Shown here piece by piece: positions 57,408 through 64,000 of a stretch of DNA of 64,000 bases; within the stretch, counting starts at the first letter, position 1, and the number at the start of each line of letters is the position of its first letter. The DNA is taken from assembly GCA_039977975.1 (NCBI GenBank), contig JBDWCD010000010.1:20939-84938 (forward strand). The letters run 5' to 3'. Made by a program: the position numbers and the translations under genes. Source of the stretch: Rhizobiaceae bacterium (lineage in GTDB: Bacteria; Pseudomonadota; Alphaproteobacteria; Rhizobiales; Rhizobiaceae). The notes beneath the pieces are model-generated. The model did no database searches, was not told the origin of the DNA, and saw only the letters and a list, made by a program, of their open reading frames with translations.

Positions 57408-58034
57408 ATGAAGCGTGCATTGGGGTTTGGGACTAAAATCATGGCATTGGGACTGTTGCTGTCCCTTCTGAGCCCGGCAGTTCTGCAGGCGCAGGAAGAT
57501 GCTGAAACGGCCCATATTGCCGTGAAAAACCCCGCCGATCTCAGTCAGGCCGAAGCCAACCGCATCTATGATGCGCTGAAGCAAACGCTGGAAGAGCGCT
57601 ATTCAATTGCCAAACTGGGTCTTATCGACGGCTATCAATCCTGGAAGCGATACAATTCCGCCCCCTATCTCTCTGCCACCCATGGCCAGCGGTTTGTCAA
57701 TAATTACGCCAATCAGCTGGGCGCTGACTATGGCAAGCTTGGGGAGGGTGAAACCTATCCCGCAGGCACAATTTTTGCCAAGGACACAATCACCGTCACG
57801 GAAGAGGGAAAAAACTTTCCCGGGGCCATATTGGTGATGGAGAAACTGGCCGCCGGAAAAAGCCCGCCAACCGCAGACTGGCGCTATGTCATGGTAATAC
57901 CTGACGGCACCATATTTGGTGATACGATTGGTGATGAGCCGGAATTGGTGGAATATTGCCATGCCTGCCATGAGGCGGTGGCCGATGATGACTATGTATT
58001 TTTTGTGCCCGACGACTATCGCATATCGCCGTGA
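57408..58034 (+). CDS. Cytochrome P460 / c'-beta family periplasmic c-type cytochrome
   Basis: Signal peptide; YPAGTIFAKD, VMEK, DWRY and a C-terminal CHACH heme motif followed by DYVF. Confidence 0.8.
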   Translation: MKRALGFGTKIMALGLLLSLLSPAVLQAQEDAETAHIAVKNPADLSQAEANRIYDALKQTLEERYSIAKLGLIDGYQSWKRYNSAPYLSATHGQRFVNNYANQLGADYGKLGEGETYPAGTIFAKDTITVTEEGKNFPGAILVMEKLAAGKSPPTADWRYVMVIPDGTIFGDTIGDEPELVEYCHACHEAVADDDYVFFVPDDYRISP

Positions 58035-58048
58035 CGTCTGAAGGGTGT

Positions 58049-59632
58049 CTATTGCGCCATGGGCGGAGCAGACACTTTGCGGCGCACATTGGAAAATCCG
58101 TTTGAAATGCGGTTTGGCTTGTTCCCTTCAACCGGGATGACCGGCAATTCTTCCATCACCCTACTTTTTGGGAAAGTGGCAATCACTTCGGTTCCCTGAC
58201 GCAACTTGCTCTTCAGGTCGAAACTGCCCTCATGCATATGCACCAGCGCCTGAACGATGGGCAGGCCCAGTCCGGTACCCTGTTCGGCCGATTTGATGGC
58301 AATCGACCCCTGTCCGAATGAGGACAGTACGATCGGGATTTCCTCTTCGGGAATGCCAGGGCCGGTATCCCGCACCGAGACATATTGACCACCGCCTGCT
58401 GTCCAGCCGACTTTCAGCCAGATGGTGCCGCCGGATGGTGTAAACTTCAGCGCGTTGGACAACAGGTTTAATATGACCTGTCTGACCGAGCGGGAATCGG
58501 CCCAGAGCTGGGGCAGATCCGGCTGAATCTGCGTGACGATGGTGACATTCTTTTCTGCCGCCTTCAGTTTCATCATCTGCTGGGATTCGTCCGCCGCATG
58601 GGCCAGGCTGGTTGGTTCTTCGTTCAGTTCATAGCGACCGGCCTCGACCCGTGACAGATCGAGAATTTCGTTGATCAGTTTCAGCAGGTGACTTCCGGAG
58701 CGGTGAATATCGCCCAGATATTCTTTGTAATGGTCGTTATCGATCGGTCCCATTACCTCATTGGTCATCACTTCGGAAAAACCCAAAATAGCGTTCAATG
58801 GGGTGCGCAATTCGTGGCTCATGGTTGCCAGGAAACGTGACTTGGCCAGATTGGACTCTTCCGCACGGCGCCGCGCTTCATCAGAAATGCTGCGCGAGGC
58901 TTCCAATTCCATCACCAGTTGATCGCGCTCGGCCCGGGCCTTTAAAAAATCAATCAGCGAATTGCGCATGGCGTCGGCAACCACGTGAAAAAACAGCAAT
59001 ACAGCAATGATAAGCGCGCTTGCAGCCATGCATTGCGGCGACAGATCAACCAGCAACATGGCGGCCAGAGCCAATGCCGACGGCGCAGCCTCGATGATGA
59101 CTCCAAATTTCAGGAAGCGGGACTGGATCAGTGACAGGCCGCAGATCATCATGACACCGGCCAGCGTAATGCTTGAAACGCCGCCTGCCGCCCCATGGGC
59201 CGGCAACATCAAAAACATGCTGGACCACAACAAGCCGTTGAGGAATCTGACCAGAATAAAATTATGTTCCCACTTAACCGCCTTTTGATCTTCCGGCTCT
59301 GCATTCAAAAACCTTGAAGCCAGAAAAAACCCAAGTGCCGTCAGCGCAACGCCAATAGCCAGCCACGTGCCGATGAGTAGATTGGGCAGGACGTACCGAC
59401 CGGTCATGGCGACGAGCGCGAAGACTATGACCGGCACCGGCAAAGCAGATTTTTGCAATTGGGCGTGGCGGTAAAGGATATCCAGCTCAAAACCGGAGAT
59501 GCGCTTTTTGCCGCTCCGCGACCCCATGCCTGCGCGCAGGCTTTTAACCGCCTGACGGGACTTGGACCCGGAATGCCCGACGCGGCGTTCTACGATTGTC
59601 TTGTCGTGGTTTTTTTGGGCCTGCACGGACAT
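58049..59632 (-). CDS. Membrane sensor histidine kinase (PleC/DivJ-like HisKA)
   Basis: Multi-TM N-terminus; H-box KSRFLATMSHELRTPLNAILGFSE; NLLSNALKFT; DTGPGI; GTGLGL. Start trimmed to the ATG at 59632. Confidence 0.92.
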   Translation of the reverse strand: MSVQAQKNHDKTIVERRVGHSGSKSRQAVKSLRAGMGSRSGKKRISGFELDILYRHAQLQKSALPVPVIVFALVAMTGRYVLPNLLIGTWLAIGVALTALGFFLASRFLNAEPEDQKAVKWEHNFILVRFLNGLLWSSMFLMLPAHGAAGGVSSITLAGVMMICGLSLIQSRFLKFGVIIEAAPSALALAAMLLVDLSPQCMAASALIIAVLLFFHVVADAMRNSLIDFLKARAERDQLVMELEASRSISDEARRRAEESNLAKSRFLATMSHELRTPLNAILGFSEVMTNEVMGPIDNDHYKEYLGDIHRSGSHLLKLINEILDLSRVEAGRYELNEEPTSLAHAADESQQMMKLKAAEKNVTIVTQIQPDLPQLWADSRSVRQVILNLLSNALKFTPSGGTIWLKVGWTAGGGQYVSVRDTGPGIPEEEIPIVLSSFGQGSIAIKSAEQGTGLGLPIVQALVHMHEGSFDLKSKLRQGTEVIATFPKSRVMEELPVIPVEGNKPNRISNGFSNVRRKVSAPPMAQ

Positions 59633-59757
59633 GATACTCAATCGGCGAGGAGGTACTAAACGTGTAATTGCCTCTATTGTTGTACAAGGTGGAAAATTTT
59701 GAGTTAACGTGATGTTAGAATCTTCCAAAAAATGCAGCTTTTTTCGGACATTATTTG

Positions 59758-60369
59758 ATGGCATGGCGACGATCAGACCGCTTACGACGGCGACTGCCAC
59801 AGCAACGGGGCTGGGCCAGTTTCTCGACAACGCTGGTTGGCTTTGCAGCGCTGACAGCGATCATCGTATGGCTCGATCAAAGTAGCAGCACCACACTCAG
59901 CGGCGCCGCGCGCATTGTCGACGGCGACAGCCTGCTGGTGCGGGGCAAGAGCCTGCGTTTAATGGGAATTGATGCGCCGGAACTGGATCAGCAATGTCAG
60001 CTTGGTTCGGGGCCTTGGCGCTGTGGCCGGGATGCGCGATCTGCCTTGGCGGCGTTAATCGACGACCGTCAGGTAAGCTGCCGCACCCATGGGCATGACA
60101 AATACCAACGCTTGCTGGCGATTTGCCGGAGCAATGGTGTCGAACTCAACGCCCGCATGGTCGAAACCGGGTTTGCTGTGGATTATGGCGGCTATGCCGC
60201 TGAGGAGGGCAGGGCGCGTCGCAACAAACTGGGCCTGTGGCGGGGCGACTTCGACTTTCCACAGGAATGGCGGCAGGCCAATCGGTCGCAATCCACCGGC
60301 GCACCTGTTAGTCTGAATGACCGATGGCAAAGCTTCTGGTCACGGATTAGTGCAATCATCTTAGGATAA
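59758..60369 (+). CDS. Thermonuclease (SNase) family protein
   Basis: IVDGDSL, RLMGIDAPEL, DKYQRLLA, AEEGRARRNKLGLW.G.F..P.EWR. Confidence 0.92.
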   Translation: MAWRRSDRLRRRLPQQRGWASFSTTLVGFAALTAIIVWLDQSSSTTLSGAARIVDGDSLLVRGKSLRLMGIDAPELDQQCQLGSGPWRCGRDARSALAALIDDRQVSCRTHGHDKYQRLLAICRSNGVELNARMVETGFAVDYGGYAAEEGRARRNKLGLWRGDFDFPQEWRQANRSQSTGAPVSLNDRWQSFWSRISAIILG

Positions 60370-60381
60370 GGACTGAAAACC

Positions 60382-60993
60382 ATGAAATTGCTGGATGGTG
60401 GCCGTGCGCCCAACCCGCGTCGGGTGCGTGTATTCCTGGCCGAAAAAGGCTTTGAATTGCCGATGGAGCCTGTCGATATGGGAGCTTTGGGTCACAAGGA
60501 AGAGGCGGTGACCCAACACAATCCGCTGCAACGGTTGCCCGTTTTGGTACTGGACGATGGCACCGCGCTGAGCGAGAGCGTTGCCATCTGTCGCTTTATC
60601 GAAGAACTGCATCCCGAACCGCCGCTGATGGGCGTCGATGCTTTCGACAGGGCGCGGGTGGAAATGTGGCAGCGGCGCATGGAATTCAACCTGTTGCAGT
60701 TGGTCGCCAATGTGTTCCGCCATGCCCATCCGGCGATGGCCACATGGGAAGTGCCGCAAATTACTGAATTCAGCGAGGCTAACCGCCCAAAAGTTATCAA
60801 AACGCTGAAATGGTTGAATGACGAATTGGCCGATCGCCCGTTTATTGCCGGTGAGCGCTATACGATCGCCGATATCACGGCGATGATTGCCGTGGACTTT
60901 ATGAAGCCCGCCCGCATTGAACTTCCCGACGATTTGTCCAATTTGCTGGAATGGTATCACCGGGTTAAAGAAAGACCGTCGGCTGGTGCATAG
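60382..60993 (+). CDS. Glutathione S-transferase
   Basis: APNPRRVRVFLAEKG, NPLQRLPVL.LDDG..LSESVAIC, YTIADITA. Confidence 0.93.
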   Translation: MKLLDGGRAPNPRRVRVFLAEKGFELPMEPVDMGALGHKEEAVTQHNPLQRLPVLVLDDGTALSESVAICRFIEELHPEPPLMGVDAFDRARVEMWQRRMEFNLLQLVANVFRHAHPAMATWEVPQITEFSEANRPKVIKTLKWLNDELADRPFIAGERYTIADITAMIAVDFMKPARIELPDDLSNLLEWYHRVKERPSAGA

Positions 60994-61037
60994 CGTAATA
61001 TCAATGGGTTGTAGTAGTTATTTAAAGTTATAGATAA

Positions 61038-61670
61038 ATGAATGATGCCCCTGCAACAGAGTTGGCTGAGCTGGTCGAAGAGATCGGTCGTTGCACGATT
61101 TGCGTTGACAATCCCATTGTCTCGCCGCTGCCTCATGCGCCTCGGCCGGTTGTGCGGTTGTCTTCCACGGCACGGTTGTGCATAGCCGGGCAGGCACCTG
61201 GCCTGCGGGTTCATCACAGCGGTGTGCCCTTTACCGACCCGTCCGGTGACCGGTTGCGGGACTGGATGGGGGTGACCGAGCAGGAGTTCTACGACGTCAG
61301 CCGTCTGGCCATCGTGCCGATGGGGTTTTGCTTTCCTGGCTATGACGCAAAAAAAAGCGACCTGCCACCGCGCAAGGAATGCGTGCAAGCCTGGCATGAC
61401 CGGATATTTGCTCTGATGCCGCAGCTGGAACTGATATTGGTCATCGGCCAATATGCCCAAGCCTATCACATGGGCAGCAGTCGGCGGAAAATGTTGACGG
61501 AAACGGTGGCCAACTGGCGTGAAACCTTTGAGCGTGACCAGCATCCCAAAATATTGCCGCTGCCCCATCCCTCCTGGCGCAATACGGGCTGGCTCAAGAA
61601 GAATCCGTGGTTTGAAGGGCAGGTTTTGCCGGTCTTGAGAGCCGAGGTCCAGCGTTTGGTCAGAGAATAA
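61038..61670 (+). CDS. Uracil-DNA glycosylase-like protein (family 4-like)
   Basis: CTIC, GQAPG, FTDPSGDRLRDW, PMGFCFPG, LPHPSWRN. Confidence 0.9.
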   Translation: MNDAPATELAELVEEIGRCTICVDNPIVSPLPHAPRPVVRLSSTARLCIAGQAPGLRVHHSGVPFTDPSGDRLRDWMGVTEQEFYDVSRLAIVPMGFCFPGYDAKKSDLPPRKECVQAWHDRIFALMPQLELILVIGQYAQAYHMGSSRRKMLTETVANWRETFERDQHPKILPLPHPSWRNTGWLKKNPWFEGQVLPVLRAEVQRLVRE

Positions 61671-61774
61671 TATTGCGCGGTTCAGGTAATACTTGCACTT
61701 GAGCAGAAATAAACCTAATTGAATGCCAGTGATTGTGGAATACAAATCCACGCATGCTTTTCCGAGGCCTTCCC

Positions 61775-62242
61775 ATGGACCGTATCGACAAACGCATTTT
61801 GACCCTGCTGCAGCAGGATGCCACAACGCCTGTGGCTGAAATCGGCAAGAAGGTGGGCCTGTCTACCACACCATGCTGGCGGCGCATCCAGAAGCTTGAA
61901 GAAGATGGTGTCATCACCAAACGGGTGGCCGTGCTTGATCCCAAGCAGGTAAATGCCAAGGTCACGGTGTTTGTTTCGATCCGCACCAACAGTCACACGG
62001 CCGAATGGCTGAAGCGGTTCTCTGAAGTGACCAGTGAGTTCCCCGAAGTTGTGGAACTCTATCGCATGAGCGGCGAGGTCGATTATCTGCTGCGGGTCGT
62101 GGTGCCAGATATCCAGGCTTATGACGCCTTCTATCAGCGCTTGATCAGCAAGGTCGATATCACTGATGTGAGTTCGTCCTTCGCCATGGAGCAGTTGAAA
62201 TACACCACACAATTGCCATTGGACTACTTGCTGGAAGGCTAA
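61775..62242 (+). CDS. Lrp/AsnC-family regulator (DecR-like)
   Basis: MDRIDKRIL..LQQDA, GLSTTPCWRRIQKLEEDGVI, YRMSGEVDYLLRVVV. Confidence 0.93.
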   Translation: MDRIDKRILTLLQQDATTPVAEIGKKVGLSTTPCWRRIQKLEEDGVITKRVAVLDPKQVNAKVTVFVSIRTNSHTAEWLKRFSEVTSEFPEVVELYRMSGEVDYLLRVVVPDIQAYDAFYQRLISKVDITDVSSSFAMEQLKYTTQLPLDYLLEG

Positions 62243-63390
62243 CCTGCTGCCACGGCGGCGGCGGCTTCTGCCTTCAACAATGTCCCAATACCGTCATACA
62301 GCCGGGCGACAATCTCCCCCTCGGTTATGCACAGCCGCGCTCTGGGAGAGACGTCTACCGTGCCATCGGTGCCCACAGGGGTGTGTTCACCGCCAAGTCC
62401 GCGAATGGCCAGGCCCAATGGCTTGGCGATCTCCTTGACCCGCTCTGTTGATCCGTCTGCAGTGAGATGCGGCAGTTTCAGATGGATCGATGCCCGCATG
62501 CCGGTGCCCAGATTGGTTGGACAGGTGGTGATCGCCCCATACCGGTCTGACATGGCAAATTCGCTGGTCAGGCGGGATTCAATAGCCTGCAGGGCGTTGT
62601 GGAGGAGGTCGAGAACCGATTTCAGTTCGGTGCCGGTCTTCATGCACATGATGCGCAGGTGATCTTCTTCCCCGATCCAGACGATGAAGGATCGATCAGC
62701 AGTGGCGTAACAGCCGCGCCCATGGGGCCAATCGGCGGAAATTCCGGCGCTGGCCAGATAGCTGTCGGCCCCCATGTCCTTGAACATCACATGCTCGGCG
62801 ACCAGTTGCTGGTATTGCTCCGGGCTCAATTGTCTGGGATGGCCGGGAGTCAGCGAATGATAGGTCCCTGCCAGTGTCTCGACCTCCTGCAACTGGTCAA
62901 ACACAGCAGACATACGGTCTTCCAATGCCAGCCGATCGTCGCGTGACATGGCGGATGTCAGCGGCAGGTCTGAAAAATTGCGCCCAACCCGGATGCGCAG
63001 TGAAAGCGGACCAAGGCCAAATTTGGTGATGTCTAGGGGATCACCTGCCATCCGTTCGCCGCCGCCCTCGCCGCCGGCCGCGGCGGGAATGGACCAGTCG
63101 CTGACATGGCGGGCGTCTGGGGCAATGCCGTGATGGCGGCCTATTGCGCAGGAGAAGAACGGGCGCAGCAGCTTGTAATCATCGGCTTCGCGGGCATAGC
63201 AGCCCATCTCGCTGTCAGGGTTTTCAATTCCTGAACGCATGCAATCAAGTAAGCGTTGCTGCAGTGGTGCATCGAGCGTCTCGAAATAATCCCGATCAAA
63301 GCACTGCACCGCTATATTGTTGGGCTGAGTGGCCTTGAGGCTGGCGATTTTTTCAAGTTGTGAGTTCAAAGCTTCGGTCGGTGTGGACAT
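62239..63390 (-). CDS. Phosphagen (arginine-kinase-like) ATP:guanido phosphotransferase with N-terminal domain
   Basis: SGIENPDSEMGCYA, RIRVGRN, WPHGRG, WIGEEDHLRI, TTCPTNLGTGMRAS, RGLGGEH, VDVSPRARL. The ATG at 63390 is preferred. Confidence 0.92.
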   Translation of the reverse strand: MSTPTEALNSQLEKIASLKATQPNNIAVQCFDRDYFETLDAPLQQRLLDCMRSGIENPDSEMGCYAREADDYKLLRPFFSCAIGRHHGIAPDARHVSDWSIPAAAGGEGGGERMAGDPLDITKFGLGPLSLRIRVGRNFSDLPLTSAMSRDDRLALEDRMSAVFDQLQEVETLAGTYHSLTPGHPRQLSPEQYQQLVAEHVMFKDMGADSYLASAGISADWPHGRGCYATADRSFIVWIGEEDHLRIMCMKTGTELKSVLDLLHNALQAIESRLTSEFAMSDRYGAITTCPTNLGTGMRASIHLKLPHLTADGSTERVKEIAKPLGLAIRGLGGEHTPVGTDGTVDVSPRARLCITEGEIVARLYDGIGTLLKAEAAAAVAAG

Positions 63391-63452
63391 AACGAAGCCT
63401 AGAACATTGGCGGCGATCAATAAATATGCGCCAATATCAATTCTCACCAAAC

Positions 63453-63483
63453 AAAAAAGGCCGGATCTGGTGATCCGGCCTTT
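63453..63483 (-). terminator. Rho-independent terminator of the repeat-protein gene
   Basis: Perfect stem GGCCGGATC / GATCCGGCC with a 4-nt loop, followed on the minus strand by TTTTTT. Confidence 0.85.
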
Positions 63484-63507
63484 GCTGAATTAGTTTTTGT
63501 GGGGAGA

Positions 63508-64000
63508 TTAGCAGCCACCCTCGGCGGCGCTGACCCGGATCCACTCGGTCTTGCCGTGATGGACCAGAACCTTCTCTTTTACCCATTTATAGCGCGCCGG
63601 AGAGCGGTGAACGATCTTCTGGGTATGTTGCTCCAGAACTTTCTCCTTTACCCATTTGTAGCGGGCGGGCTCCACAATCTTGTGGCGCTTGGCGTGACGC
63701 ACCAGAACCCGTTCTTCCACATGTTTATAGCGGGCAGGGTGCACGGTCTTATGCCGCTTGGCCGCACGCCACAGGACTTTTTCCTTTACATAGCGGTATT
63801 GCGCCGGAATTTTGCTGTAGGAAGTGCGCGCACGGCGCACCAGTTTGCGATGGGCAACGGTCTTGTAGACCGCCGGATATTCCACCTTGCAGTGGATCGG
63901 CTTGCCCCATTTGTCATGCTTGATGGTCCAGCCGCTATGGGCCGGAGATACCATGACTTTCTTGTGCACCGTCTTGTATTTTGCCGGTGTGGTATGGGCG
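63508..64000 (-). CDS. His/Lys/Arg-rich 23-aa repeat protein, 5' end outside the window
   Basis: Frame is open to the window edge; six PAxYxxVxExVL-type units; ends ..AAEGGC-stop, followed by a terminator. Confidence 0.75.
   Translation of the reverse strand, partial: AHTTPAKYKTVHKKVMVSPAHSGWTIKHDKWGKPIHCKVEYPAVYKTVAHRKLVRRARTSYSKIPAQYRYVKEKVLWRAAKRHKTVHPARYKHVEERVLVRHAKRHKIVEPARYKWVKEKVLEQHTQKIVHRSPARYKWVKEKVLVHHGKTEWIRVSAAEGGC

Noticed and set aside
62239-63390. McsB protein-arginine kinase
   Set aside because: It has the phosphagen-kinase N-terminal domain and lacks the ctsR/mcsA/clpC context.

Overview
A 64-kb, mostly GC-rich bacterial chromosomal window. Gene content points to a probably marine alphaproteobacterium of the Rhizobiales/Hyphomicrobiales type (inferred from the cobS/cobT-DUF1289-TIGR02281 synteny, the PAN-domain alpha-2-macroglobulin and the TRAP transporters). 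In order it holds: tRNA-Thr(UGU) with accessory genes; a sugar-acid cluster funnelling into KDG (DEH-reductase-like SDR, kdgK, kduD, Zn dehydrogenase); an alpha-2-macroglobulin/pbpC operon; pgpA; an AT-richer single gene fusing an intact alpha/beta-hydrolase through one TM helix to a TIGR02594/NlpC-P60-like domain that has lost its catalytic Cys and His (candidate membrane sensor-effector, possibly anti-phage); two TRAP systems around a LysR gene; a YbdK-like ligase; a CHASE2 adenylate cyclase divergent from a type I secretion operon (TolC, ABC, HlyD) followed by a ~5,020-aa adhesin (FecR-like N-terminus, ~28 VCBS-type repeats, 7 FG-GAP repeats, discoidin-like insert, RTX tail) that is translationally coupled to a catalytically dead YcbB-type L,D-transpeptidase; housekeeping genes (USP, aspartic protease, cobS, cobT, cytochrome P460-like, histidine kinase, nuclease, GST, UDG-like, Lrp); a eukaryote-type phosphagen kinase; and a truncated His/Lys-rich 23-aa repeat protein. 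I saw no CRISPR array, integrase or transposase. All family assignments come from motif recognition by eye; no database searches were run.
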